NCBI GenBank assembly: GCA_002363735.1
Contig: DEWP01000017.1
Coordinates: forward strand, 1 to 61,392
Length of the DNA: 61,392 nt
Direction: 5' to 3'
Source of the DNA: Bacillales bacterium UBA3207
Lineage (GTDB): Bacteria > Bacillota_I > Bacilli_A > RFN20 > CAG-826
Program-made: the position numbers and the translations under genes
Shown: positions 9,403-20,480 of the stretch, piece by piece
How positions within the stretch are numbered: position 1 is the stretch's first letter
How the letters are laid out: every line of letters starts with the position of its first letter
The notes under the pieces: generated by a model
Database searches by the model: none
What the model saw: the letters and a program-made list of their open reading frames with translations, nothing else
Told to the model about the DNA's origin: nothing

Positions 9403-9429
9403 TTAGCACTTGAGAAGTGAGAGTGCCAA
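9403..9429 (+). promoter_or_regulatory. CIRCE 2 of the hrcA operon
   Basis: TTAGCACTT-N9-GAGTGCCAA, immediately before SD AAGGAGGT. Confidence 0.88.
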
Positions 9430-9442
9430 AAAGGAGGTTAAA

Positions 9443-10561
9443 ATGAATCGTCGTGATAAAGTCTTAAAGCTCATTGTTGAACATTTCATTAAAACTGCTC
9501 AACCTGTTGGCTCAAGAACATTGATTGAAGAATATGGACTTGATTATTCTAGCGCCACAATTCGAAATGAGATGAATGCTCTTGAACAAGATGGTTTGCT
9601 TGAAAAGACTCATACATCAAGCGGGCGTGTTCCTTCTAGTAAAGGATATCGCTATTACATCGAAAACCTTCGAGAAAGAAGTGTCTCTGATGAATTTAAA
9701 TACCAGATGCAAACAATTCTCGAACAAAAGGTTCAATCAATTGATGATGTAATTAAAGAGAGTTGTGAAATTCTCTCCCAAATGACGAATTTAGCCTCGA
9801 TTGTGCTTGGACCAAATGTCAACGAAGAAAAACTTGTTTCTGTCCAAATTATTCCACTTTCTAAAACAAGTGCCACATGCGTCTTCGTAACTGACCAAGG
9901 TTATGTCGAAAATAAAACCTTCGTTATTAACGAAAAGACTAAACTAAATGATATCGAATCGTGCGTGAATTTATTAAATGAACGCCTACGCGGAACCAAG
10001 ATTAGTGATCTAGTTCCAAAGATGGAATCCATCCGCCCACTACTCTCTGATTACGTGATTGATCATGATGTGGTGTATCAAACGATGCTTGAAGCATTCC
10101 TAGGCTTCGCCAAAGACCGTTTGAGTGCGTATGGTAAAGACGTCTTATTCGATCAGCCAGAGTTCGCTAATGATGCGAACAAAATCAAAAAACTTCTCGA
10201 CTTATTCGAATCTCCAGAAATCTTCCGTGAAGTCGAAGAAGATAGCGATGATGAAATCTCCATTCATATTGGTGGAGAAAATAAAGAAGACGAAGATGTC
10301 TCCATCATCTCCGCTAAAGTGAAGATTCCTGGACAAAAAGAAGGATCGATTGCGATTGTTGGCCCAAAACGAATGGACTACGACAAAGTCGTTTCTTCAA
10401 TGGAATACCTCGTTAAAGAGTTAGAAAAAGCTTATAACAATGAAGCTCAAGAAACTCACGAGAGAAAGGAAGAAAATAGTGAAGGAAGAAAAGAAAAACA
10501 AGGTGCCGAACGAACAAACAAAGAACAAGCACCACGAAGAAATCCAAAAACTGCAAGCTGA
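9443..10561 (+). CDS. hrcA: Heat-inducible transcription repressor HrcA
   Basis: PVGS, SSATIRNEM, HTSSGRVPSSKGYRYY, GPKRMDY. Confidence 0.97.
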   Translation: MNRRDKVLKLIVEHFIKTAQPVGSRTLIEEYGLDYSSATIRNEMNALEQDGLLEKTHTSSGRVPSSKGYRYYIENLRERSVSDEFKYQMQTILEQKVQSIDDVIKESCEILSQMTNLASIVLGPNVNEEKLVSVQIIPLSKTSATCVFVTDQGYVENKTFVINEKTKLNDIESCVNLLNERLRGTKISDLVPKMESIRPLLSDYVIDHDVVYQTMLEAFLGFAKDRLSAYGKDVLFDQPEFANDANKIKKLLDLFESPEIFREVEEDSDDEISIHIGGENKEDEDVSIISAKVKIPGQKEGSIAIVGPKRMDYDKVVSSMEYLVKELEKAYNNEAQETHERKEENSEGRKEKQGAERTNKEQAPRRNPKTAS

Positions 10562-11051
10562 CTTAGACCATTGGAAGAATGAATACTATCGGGCCTATGC
10601 AGATATGCAAAACCTTCGTAAGAATGTCGAAAAAGACCATCGCGAAGCGCTCAAATATCGGGCAGAAGGATTTATCGATAATCTCCTTCCAGTTCTTGAT
10701 GGATTCCATCTCGCACTAAATGCCGAGGTTAAATCCGAGGAAATGAAAAACTTCCTTGTCGGATTCCAGTTTATCTACCGAAACTTAGTTAGCGTCTTAG
10801 AAAATGAAGGCGTGAAAGAAGTTTCTCCAAAAGTGGGTGATAAATTTGATCCAACCTACATGCAAGCTCTTGAAACAAGATTTGATGAAGGTGAACCAAA
10901 CCGAGTGCTCCAAGTTAACCTAAAAGGTTATAAACTACATGAGCACTTAATCCGCCCATCCATTGTGGTCGTCTCCACAAACAAAAAAGACGAAGACAAA
11001 AAAGAAGAAAATAACGATTCTCAACCAGAATCGAAAGAATTAGACGCCTAA
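10479..11051 (+). CDS. grpE: Nucleotide exchange factor GrpE
   Basis: RAYADMQNLRK, LLPVLDGF, FDPTYMQAL, GYKLHEHLIRPS. The GTG start at 10479 is inferred from the AAAGGA SD. Confidence 0.95.
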   Translation: MKEEKKNKVPNEQTKNKHHEEIQKLQADLDHWKNEYYRAYADMQNLRKNVEKDHREALKYRAEGFIDNLLPVLDGFHLALNAEVKSEEMKNFLVGFQFIYRNLVSVLENEGVKEVSPKVGDKFDPTYMQALETRFDEGEPNRVLQVNLKGYKLHEHLIRPSIVVVSTNKKDEDKKEENNDSQPESKELDA

Positions 11052-12878
<1,827 letters not shown>

Positions 12879-12900
12879 TTTCATCACTAATTAAAAAATC

Positions 12901-12944
12901 AACTAGCAAGGCGTGGAAGCAATTTGCTCCGCGCTTTGCTTGTT
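12901..12944 (+). other. Long intercistronic stem-loop between dnaK and dnaJ
   Basis: AACTAGCAAGGCGTGGA...TCCGCGCTTTGCTTGTT, with G:U pairs and no U-tract. Confidence 0.7.
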
Positions 12945-12957
12945 AGAAAGGAATGTT

Positions 12958-14097
12958 ATGGCAGCAAAAGATTATTATGCAACCCTTGGAGTTAGTAAAA
13001 CTGCTACAAAGGATGAAATTAAATCGGCATATCGAAAACTCGCCAAGAAATATCACCCAGATTTAAATAAAGAACCAGGTGCTGAACAAAAATTTAAAGA
13101 AGTTCAAGAAGCATACGACATTCTTTATGATGATCAAAAGCGACAAACATATGACCAATTTGGTAGTGCTGCTTTTGAACAAGGCTCTTCAACTGGTGGT
13201 TATGGTAATACATTTGGTGGAGCTGGCTTCTCTTCACAAGGTTTTGGTGGAGTTGACTTAGGTGACATCTTTAGTTCTTTCTTTGGAGGTGGATCATCAC
13301 GAAGACAACAAAACTTTGGACCTCAACGAGGAGATGATACATTAACTCGTCTAAGAGTGAACTTTATGGATGCGATTTTAGGTCGCAAAGTGACAATTCC
13401 AGTTGAATATGATGAACAATGTTCATCTTGTCATGGAACTGGTGCAAAATCTTCCAGTGATTTCAAAACATGTCCAAAATGTGGTGGAAAAGGTTATGTT
13501 AAAATCCAAAGACAATCAATCTTTGGTGTGATGGAATCGCAACAAGTGTGTCCAGATTGCCACGGTTCAGGAAAAATTATCACTAACCCATGTCCAGATT
13601 GTGGCGGAAAAGGTTATCAACATATTAAACGCAATATGGAAGTTAACATTCCAGCTGGTATTAACCAAGGCCAACAAATTCGCATTCGAGAAAAAGGTGG
13701 CCGTGGAATTAATGGTGGGCCAAACGGAGATCTCTATTTAGAGATTGTCATTGTCCCACATCAATATTTCAAACGTGATGGAAACGATATTCATCTTGAT
13801 GTTCCAATTTCAGTTGTTGACGCAATGCTTGGCAAGAAAATTGATGTTCCAACCGTTTATGGAGATGTCGAAGTTGATATTCCTGCTGGAACTCAACCAA
13901 ATCAGATTCTTCGTTTAAAAGGACGTGGAATTAAAGATATGCGTCGAGGAACACCTGGTGATCAATACCTTCACATGATTGTGAAGACACCAACTAAATT
14001 AACGAAGAAACAAAAAGAATTACTTACTGATTTCCAAAAAGAAGAATCACCAAGTGAATCGATCTTCACAAAATTCAAAAAAGCATTCCGTGCTTAA
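12958..14097 (+). CDS. dnaJ: Chaperone DnaJ
   Basis: J domain with HPD, G/F-rich region, four CxxCxGxG repeats. Confidence 0.99.
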   Translation: MAAKDYYATLGVSKTATKDEIKSAYRKLAKKYHPDLNKEPGAEQKFKEVQEAYDILYDDQKRQTYDQFGSAAFEQGSSTGGYGNTFGGAGFSSQGFGGVDLGDIFSSFFGGGSSRRQQNFGPQRGDDTLTRLRVNFMDAILGRKVTIPVEYDEQCSSCHGTGAKSSSDFKTCPKCGGKGYVKIQRQSIFGVMESQQVCPDCHGSGKIITNPCPDCGGKGYQHIKRNMEVNIPAGINQGQQIRIREKGGRGINGGPNGDLYLEIVIVPHQYFKRDGNDIHLDVPISVVDAMLGKKIDVPTVYGDVEVDIPAGTQPNQILRLKGRGIKDMRRGTPGDQYLHMIVKTPTKLTKKQKELLTDFQKEESPSESIFTKFKKAFRA

Positions 14098-14099
14098 TT

Positions 14100-14121
14100 A
14101 AGAGGGTTATCCCTCTTTTTT
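14100..14121 (+). terminator. Intrinsic terminator after dnaJ
   Basis: AAGAGGG-TTAT-CCCTCTT plus T tract. Confidence 0.8.
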
Positions 14122-14216
14122 CATTATCTTTTTAATATTTCTAATTACAAAGTAATTAAAATGGATAATGAGTTCGAGTTTGATTTATGCTATAATATCA
14201 AACGAGGTATGACGAT

Positions 14217-14669
14217 ATGAACAAATACATGAGAATGGCAATTAACGAAGCTCGTAAAGGAATTCGTGCTGGTCATGGAGGACCTTTTGGAGCCGTAATT
14301 GTAAAAGATGGAGTTGTTGTTGGTAAAGGCCATAACCAAGTGGTCAAAAACAATGATCCAACTTGTCATGGTGAAATGATGGCCATCCATAAAGCTTGTA
14401 AGAAACTTGGAACATTTGATTTAAGTGGTTGTGAACTTTATACAACTGGTGAACCATGTCCAATGTGTATGGCTGCTATTCTCTGGGCTAATATTAAAAA
14501 AGTCTATTACGGTTGTAATATTGTCGATACTGAAGGTATCGGATTTAGAGATAAAGTCTTCTATGAGATGCAAGGACATCTTGATGAAATGGTCATTGAA
14601 CTTGACCGCAAGGCTTGTTTAAAACTCTATGCCGAATACGCTGCGATTGAAGATAAAACAAATTATTAA
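14217..14669 (+). CDS. guaD: Guanine deaminase (cytidine-deaminase fold, GuaD-like)
   Basis: GGPFGAVIV, HGE and PCPMC zinc motifs, WANIKKVYYG, C-terminal Tyr as in GuaD. Has its own TGcTATAAT promoter. Confidence 0.75.
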   Translation: MNKYMRMAINEARKGIRAGHGGPFGAVIVKDGVVVGKGHNQVVKNNDPTCHGEMMAIHKACKKLGTFDLSGCELYTTGEPCPMCMAAILWANIKKVYYGCNIVDTEGIGFRDKVFYEMQGHLDEMVIELDRKACLKLYAEYAAIEDKTNY

Positions 14670-14679
14670 AATAAAATCG

Positions 14680-14713
14680 AAAACACCAAAAAGTTGATAT
14701 TTGGTGTTTTTTT
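14680..14713 (+). terminator. Intrinsic terminator after the deaminase
   Basis: AAAACACCAAA-loop-TTTGGTGTTTT plus T tract. Confidence 0.75.
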
Positions 14714-14782
14714 ATCGCTTTATTCTAATTTATTTGATTGTATTAACTTGATATAACCAACATTATGTATTAAATTTAATAC

Positions 14783-15220
14783 ATGCCAAAATGTCGTTAT
14801 TGTCATGAATCTATTTCTCGTTTAGACAAAGAAATTTGTCCATTTTGTGGTGGTAAAAAACCACTTGAAGGAATTGATGATTCAACAATCGATATTACGA
14901 AAGTTTTTAATCCTGTTGAACTGAAAGAGCAAGATCTTAAACCTCGTTCAAAAAAGATTGCGGGTATTTTAAGTATCTTTTTAGGAATTTTTGGGGTTGA
15001 TGAATTATATTTATCACGAACAAAAAGAGCATTGATTACTCTAATAATAACTTTGTTATTCATTGGTGGACTTGGAACAATTTTGTTCTTGTTTGCTTTA
15101 CATAATGCATTTGGTTATTTAATTCCTTATTTTGTTTTAGAACTCTATTTTATCTTAAAAGGTTCATATATTTTCTTTAGTTCAACATTAAAGGATGGTC
15201 GAGGGGAGTTTTTAAAATAA
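14783..15220 (+). CDS. Zinc-ribbon plus TM2-domain membrane protein
   Basis: CRYC...CPFC at the N-terminus; RSKKIAGILSIFLGIFGVDELYL matches the TM2 pattern; further TM helices follow. Confidence 0.75.
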   Translation: MPKCRYCHESISRLDKEICPFCGGKKPLEGIDDSTIDITKVFNPVELKEQDLKPRSKKIAGILSIFLGIFGVDELYLSRTKRALITLIITLLFIGGLGTILFLFALHNAFGYLIPYFVLELYFILKGSYIFFSSTLKDGRGEFLK

Positions 15221-15939
15221 TGCAACGTTATTTTGGAAGAATTGTCGATAAACATGCCATTTTAGATGATGGTGATCAATATCATCTAGTCAAAGTCATG
15301 AGAGCCCGTCAAGGCGATCAAATTGAGGTCGTTAACGAAGGAAAACTCTTTTTATGTACAATTTCTTCACTCAAACCTTTAAATATCGTTACGACCGCCC
15401 AAATTAAAGAAAATAATGAATTAAAAAATGATGTTGTCCTAATTGCCTCCTTATTAAAAGGAGACAAGATGGATTTAGTCTTACAAAAAGCGACTGAACT
15501 TGGTGCTGAAGAAATTGTTTTGCTACAAAGTGAACGATCCATTGCGAAAATTCGTAATCTTGATCGAGACTTTAAGTTAGAACGTTTTAATCGCATCGTG
15601 AAAGAAGCTGCTGAACAATCAAAAAGAACACGTTTACCACTTCTTTATCGTGTGATTAAGTTTAATGAACTTCCAGAAGTAGAAGCTGACATTAAATTAA
15701 TGGCTTACGAAGGCGAACAAGGTAGTTCAGCTAGTTTTCTTAACGCACTTAAGGAAATTAAACCTGGTCAAAGAATCGCGATTTTAATTGGTCCAGAAGG
15801 TGGCTTTAGTTTTGATGAAGTTAGTGAAGCAAAAGATTATGGTTACAAAACTGTTTCTTTAGGTCGAAGAATTTTAAGAGCAGAAACTGCTTCCTTTTAT
15901 GCTTTATCGGTTTTAGCCTCACATTTAGAAAGAAAATAA
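15220..15939 (+). CDS. rsmE: 16S rRNA m3U1498 methyltransferase RsmE
   Basis: HLVKVMR, QKATELG, EAAEQS, IGPEGGFS, LGRRILRAETA. Confidence 0.97.
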   Translation: MQRYFGRIVDKHAILDDGDQYHLVKVMRARQGDQIEVVNEGKLFLCTISSLKPLNIVTTAQIKENNELKNDVVLIASLLKGDKMDLVLQKATELGAEEIVLLQSERSIAKIRNLDRDFKLERFNRIVKEAAEQSKRTRLPLLYRVIKFNELPEVEADIKLMAYEGEQGSSASFLNALKEIKPGQRIAILIGPEGGFSFDEVSEAKDYGYKTVSLGRRILRAETASFYALSVLASHLERK

Positions 15940-17174
15940 TGGTTAAAGTTGTCTCTTTAGGTTGTAAAGTTAACTCTTATGAAGCAAGTGCGATTAAAGA
16001 GGAACTCACTAAGTTATATCCTTTAAAGGATATTGTTTTAATTAATACGTGTTCTGTTACTTCAGTCGCGGATCAAAAATCTCGTCAAATTATTCGTCGC
16101 GAAAGAAAGAAAAATCCAAATGCAATTTTAGTTGTAATGGGTTGTTATTCCCAAAATAATGCTCAATACGTATTAAATGAATGTGGTGCTGATATTGTTT
16201 TAGGCACATCTAATCGAAGTAAAATTGCTTCCTTAATTAATTCTTATTTAAATAATAATAAAAAGATTATTGAGATTAATTCTGATACAAGACATTTTAA
16301 ATATGAATCTTTTGAGAGCTTTGCTGTGCCTGACGCAACACGAGCTTATATTAAAATTGAAGATGGTTGTAATAACTTTTGTTCATATTGCACTATCCCA
16401 TACACCAGAGGTGTATCTCGTTCTAGACCAAAACAAGAAATCATTGATGAGATTAAATCACTAATTCAAAAAGGTTATTTAGAATTTGTTTTAACAGGCA
16501 TTCATACTGCTCATTATGGAATCGACAATAAAGAATGTTCGTTCTCGTCACTAGTTGAAGAAATTTTAAATATTGATGGTTTATATCGACTGAGAATTTC
16601 TTCTATAGAAGAAAGTGAGATTGATGACAAACTCATTTCTTTATTTAGCAAATACAAAAATCTTGCTCATCATCTTCATATGCCACTTCAAAGCGGTTCT
16701 TCTTCGGTATTAAAAAGAATGCGCCGCAAATATAAAACTGATGATTTCTTAACAAAAGTTAATCGTTTACGCGAAGTTTGTCCTGATATCGCGATTACAA
16801 CTGACGTTATTGTTGGATTCCCTCAAGAAAGTGCAGAAGAATTCCAAGAAACAGTCGACTTTATTAAAAAAGTTAATTTTGCTGAAGCCCATGTTTTCCC
16901 ATTCAGCGCTCGACCAGGAACCGATGCAGCTAAAATGGATGGTCAAATCGATCCAAAGGTCAAACAAGAAAGAGTTCAAATCTTGTTAGATTTGTCAAAG
17001 AAACTTCAAGAATCATTCAAAGATAGATTTATCGATCAAGAAATGGAAGTAATCCTTGAAGAAAGAAATAAACAAAGCGGATTAATGTCTGGATTTACGT
17101 CTAATTATATTAAATTAGATGGTGATTTCTCAGATGATTATAAAGGAAAAGTTGTTAAATTAAAAGTTCGATAA
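15939..17174 (+). CDS. mtaB: tRNA t6A methylthiotransferase MtaB
   Basis: SLGCKVNSYE, NTCSVT, KIEDGCNNFCSYC; follows rsmE. Confidence 0.93.
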   Translation: MVKVVSLGCKVNSYEASAIKEELTKLYPLKDIVLINTCSVTSVADQKSRQIIRRERKKNPNAILVVMGCYSQNNAQYVLNECGADIVLGTSNRSKIASLINSYLNNNKKIIEINSDTRHFKYESFESFAVPDATRAYIKIEDGCNNFCSYCTIPYTRGVSRSRPKQEIIDEIKSLIQKGYLEFVLTGIHTAHYGIDNKECSFSSLVEEILNIDGLYRLRISSIEESEIDDKLISLFSKYKNLAHHLHMPLQSGSSSVLKRMRRKYKTDDFLTKVNRLREVCPDIAITTDVIVGFPQESAEEFQETVDFIKKVNFAEAHVFPFSARPGTDAAKMDGQIDPKVKQERVQILLDLSKKLQESFKDRFIDQEMEVILEERNKQSGLMSGFTSNYIKLDGDFSDDYKGKVVKLKVR

Positions 17175-17267
17175 ATTCGTAATAAATTATATAAAAATTA
17201 AACATTGTCTAAAATTTAATTGAAATGGTGTTGAATTAATATATAATTCTCGTCGGAGGATTTAGAT

Positions 17268-17465
17268 ATGGCAGTACCATTTAGAAGAACTTCAAAGACA
17301 GCAAAAAGATTACGTCGTACACACTTCAAATTATCTGTTAGTGGATTAGTCACATGCCCAAACTGTGGAGCAACAATTAAGTCCCACAACGTTTGCCCAA
17401 AATGTGGTTACTATAACGGTAAAGAAGTTGTTAAACAACATAAGAAGGCTGTTGAAGAAAAATAA
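17268..17465 (+). CDS. rpmF: 50S ribosomal protein L32 (zinc-binding type)
   Basis: [14 protein letters not shown]...CPKC. Confidence 0.98.
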   Translation: MAVPFRRTSKTAKRLRRTHFKLSVSGLVTCPNCGATIKSHNVCPKCGYYNGKEVVKQHKKAVEEK

Positions 17466-17482
17466 TAATTCGGAGAATTAAC

Positions 17483-18127
17483 ATGGAACTTAACAAACTC
17501 ATTGATCACACCTTACTAAAGCAAGATGCCTCTCCAGAAGCAATTGAAAAACTTTGTAAAGAAGCTCTTGAATATCACTTTATGTCCGTGTGTGTAAACC
17601 CAGGATTTGTTCCTCTTGCTGCAAAATTATTAAAAGGCAGTGATGTTAAGGTTTGCACAGTTGTTGGATTCCCTTTAGGTGCAACACTTACAGAATCAAA
17701 GGCTTATGAAGCTGAATTAGCCATCAAAGCCGGAGCAACCGAAGTTGATATGGTTCTTAATGATTCAATGGCGAAAGCCCATGACTACGAATTTATCACT
17801 AACGAAGTTAGATTAGTGAAAAAAGCATGTGGAAAGATTCTTTTAAAAGTCATCTTAGAAACATGTTTATTAACTGATGAAGAAATCACAGAATGTTGTA
17901 AAGCCTGTGTCAAAGGTGGCGCAGATTATGTTAAAACATCAACTGGTTTCTCCACAGGCGGAGCAACAACTCACGCTGTTAAATTAATGCGTGAAGCTGT
18001 TGGACCAAATATTGGTGTCAAAGCCAGCGGTGGAATTCATAGCCGCGAAGAAGCCCTTGCAATGGTTGAAGCCGGAGCATCTAGAATTGGTGCATCCTGT
18101 GGCGTCAAAATTGTTGAAGGTAAATAA
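17483..18127 (+). CDS. deoC: Deoxyribose-phosphate aldolase
   Basis: [31 protein letters not shown]. Confidence 0.98.
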   Translation: MELNKLIDHTLLKQDASPEAIEKLCKEALEYHFMSVCVNPGFVPLAAKLLKGSDVKVCTVVGFPLGATLTESKAYEAELAIKAGATEVDMVLNDSMAKAHDYEFITNEVRLVKKACGKILLKVILETCLLTDEEITECCKACVKGGADYVKTSTGFSTGGATTHAVKLMREAVGPNIGVKASGGIHSREEALAMVEAGASRIGASCGVKIVEGK

Positions 18128-18144
18128 AGGAAGGAGATGATAAA

Positions 18145-18318
18145 ATGCCAAAGACAGTGGTTCGTGAAAACGAAAGTCTCGACGAAGCTCTTCGTCGTTT
18201 CAAACGTCAAGTGAACAAATCGGGCGTCCTTCTTGAAGCGCGCAAACGTGAGTTCTACTTAAAACCAGGCCTCAAACGCAAAATGAAAAGCGAAATGGCC
18301 AGACGTAAATCTTATTAA
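18145..18318 (+). CDS. rpsU: 30S ribosomal protein S21 (not in the supplied ORF track)
   Basis: Manual translation [42 protein letters not shown]... (57 aa); SD AAGGAG. Confidence 0.97.
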   Translation: MPKTVVRENESLDEALRRFKRQVNKSGVLLEARKREFYLKPGLKRKMKSEMARRKSY

Positions 18319-18336
18319 TTGTTTTCTATAATATAG

Positions 18337-18364
18337 AAAGTGGTTGAAATCGACCACTTTTTTT
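18337..18364 (+). terminator. Intrinsic terminator after rpsU
   Basis: AAAGTGGTTG-loop-CGACCACTTT plus T tract. Confidence 0.85.
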
Positions 18365-18421
18365 CATTTTTTTGACCAATTTTTCCTCATTTATAAGCAT
18401 TAAGTAAGTGAGGAGGTAATT

Positions 18422-19594
18422 ATGAAAAATTTTTGTTACCAAAGTAGCGAGCATGATTGTGGCTATGCTGCGCTAAAAATGCTTTTTGCGTCAATTTCGA
18501 AAAATCAGCATTATCTTTATTTACCAAAAGATGAACAAAAAGAATGTTATTCGTTTTTAGATTTAATTGAAATTGCCGCGATGCACCAAGTTAATCTTGC
18601 TGGATATGAGATGGAATTTAGTAAGATTAGTACCCAAAAGCTTCCATTAATGCTAGAAGTTAATGGAAATCATCTAGTTCTTTTAATTAAAGTTAAAAAA
18701 GATATCTATTACATCAATGATCCATCAAGAGGAAAGATTAAAATGAAAAAGAAGGATTTAGAAAAAATCTATTCTAATCATTGTCTAATTATTGAAAACG
18801 AAAACCTTGATCGAAAATATCGGTGTAAGAAACCAGAACTCATGCCGAAATCTTTCTTCTTTATTCATCTTGGAGTTGCTACATTAATCATCGGAATGCT
18901 TGGTCTAGATTTTTATTTAATGAATTTAAGTGAGAATATTCCATTCATTTTTATGCTGATTATGTTTTTAATTTTAGTGGAAGTTTTTGAAAACTGGTTT
19001 TTACTAAAAACAAGCGATCAATTCGATAGAAAATATATTCCGCTCTATTTTAGAGAAAGCAAAAATCATAACCAAAACGATTACAAAAAATATCTTGGCG
19101 TGAAATATAATGTTTTCTCTAACTCAAAATCAATGGTTGTTTACACTTCTTTAGCAATTATTTTGGGTGTTTTAATTTCCATCAATGACCTTAGGAATTT
19201 GCTTGTAATTGCAATCATCGCGCTTTATAAAGCTCTCGAAAAATATTCAACCCAATTCAAAGATGAAAAAGTCATCCATGAATTGTCACTTGAAGAATCT
19301 AACGCGTTTAACGTTGAGGAAGACGTTATTCCTTCCCTAATCCATCTTAATCAGAAAGCAAATGGCCATGCTCTAACTTTGACGACTAGAAACTGCTTCT
19401 TTCAGCTTTCATTAATGTTACTAACATTATTCATGATGATTTTGTCGAAGAATATGTCAGCAAATTATGCTGTATTTCACTTTGGAATCTATTTCATTAT
19501 TGGGCAAGGAGTCTCTTTACTACTTGACAGATTAACTAACTATCAAGAGCAGAAGAAAAACTTAACTCAGTTTTACGATCGTTGTGGTTTATAG
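18422..19594 (+). CDS. C39-family cysteine peptidase with a multi-pass membrane domain and no ATPase
   Basis: Q7, C13 (QSSEHDCG), H84, D100 (NDPSRG); about 6 hydrophobic helices; no Walker motifs. SD GAGGAGGT. Confidence 0.8.
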   Translation: MKNFCYQSSEHDCGYAALKMLFASISKNQHYLYLPKDEQKECYSFLDLIEIAAMHQVNLAGYEMEFSKISTQKLPLMLEVNGNHLVLLIKVKKDIYYINDPSRGKIKMKKKDLEKIYSNHCLIIENENLDRKYRCKKPELMPKSFFFIHLGVATLIIGMLGLDFYLMNLSENIPFIFMLIMFLILVEVFENWFLLKTSDQFDRKYIPLYFRESKNHNQNDYKKYLGVKYNVFSNSKSMVVYTSLAIILGVLISINDLRNLLVIAIIALYKALEKYSTQFKDEKVIHELSLEESNAFNVEEDVIPSLIHLNQKANGHALTLTTRNCFFQLSLMLLTLFMMILSKNMSANYAVFHFGIYFIIGQGVSLLLDRLTNYQEQKKNLTQFYDRCGL

Positions 19595-19629
19595 ACTGTT
19601 TTTATAAAACATGATATAATAAGCGCCCA

Positions 19630-20082
19630 ATGATTGAAGTAGATTACATCAACCAAGGACCAAAAACTTACGATGATTACGAAGAAACTTATTCGGATCT
19701 AGCCCAAAAAGTTTTTGCTCACCTTCATTTAAATGGCGATTATTTAGTTGACGTAAATGTGGTGGATAATAAATTTATTCACCAAATCAACAAAGAATAT
19801 CGTGGTGTTGATCGTCCAACAGATGTTATCAGTTTCGCTTTCTTAGATGATGAAGACGAAAAAATGATTGTTGGACAAAAACAAATTTCATTGGGAACGA
19901 TCTTAATCTCTTTTGAAAAAGCCGAAGAACAAGCAAAAGAATATGAACATTCTCTTAAAAGAGAAATGTCATTCTTGTTCGTTCATGGTTTACTCCATTT
20001 ACTTGGTTATGACCATATGACAAAAGAAGATGAGAAGATTATGTTTACATTACAGGATGAAATCCTTGGAGGTCGAAAATGA
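19630..20082 (+). CDS. ybeY: rRNA maturation endoribonuclease YbeY
   Basis: NKEYRGVDRPTDVISF, HGLLHLLGYDH. Confidence 0.98.
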   Translation: MIEVDYINQGPKTYDDYEETYSDLAQKVFAHLHLNGDYLVDVNVVDNKFIHQINKEYRGVDRPTDVISFAFLDDEDEKMIVGQKQISLGTILISFEKAEEQAKEYEHSLKREMSFLFVHGLLHLLGYDHMTKEDEKIMFTLQDEILGGRK

Positions 20083-20480
20083 CAAAAGAAGAATTAGTGC
20101 AAAAAGCACAAGATGCAAGAAAGCTCTCTTATTCTCCATATTCACACTTTGCCGTTGGAGCTGCTTTACTTTGTAAAGATGGAGAAATCTATCTTGGCGC
20201 AAACATTGAAAATTCAGCTTATCCACTTTGCATGTGTGCTGAAAGAAACGCTCTTTATAACGCGGCAATGCATGGCAAAAAGAAAGAAGACTTTGTCGCA
20301 TTGGCTCTTTGTGCTGGATCAGATGAACCATGCTCACCTTGTGGTGCATGCCGTCAAGTTCTTAGTGAACTTTTCCCAATCGACGCTCCAATTTATATGT
20401 CCAATTTGAAAGGCGAAATCGAAGAAACAAGCATCCGTGAACTTCTTCCATATGCCTTTTCTGCTGACGATTTAAAATAA
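20079..20480 (+). CDS. cdd: Cytidine deaminase (tetrameric type)
   Basis: SYSPYSHF, CAE, PCGACRQ. Confidence 0.97.
   Translation: MTKEELVQKAQDARKLSYSPYSHFAVGAALLCKDGEIYLGANIENSAYPLCMCAERNALYNAAMHGKKKEDFVALALCAGSDEPCSPCGACRQVLSELFPIDAPIYMSNLKGEIEETSIRELLPYAFSADDLK

Noticed and set aside
14122-14216. Purine riboswitch before the guanine deaminase
   Set aside because: The promoter ends about 20 nt before the ATG, and no aptamer consensus is visible.
14217-14669. TadA tRNA adenosine deaminase
   Set aside because: GGPFGAVIV, WANIKKVYYG and the terminal Tyr fit GuaD better; TadA signatures were not seen.
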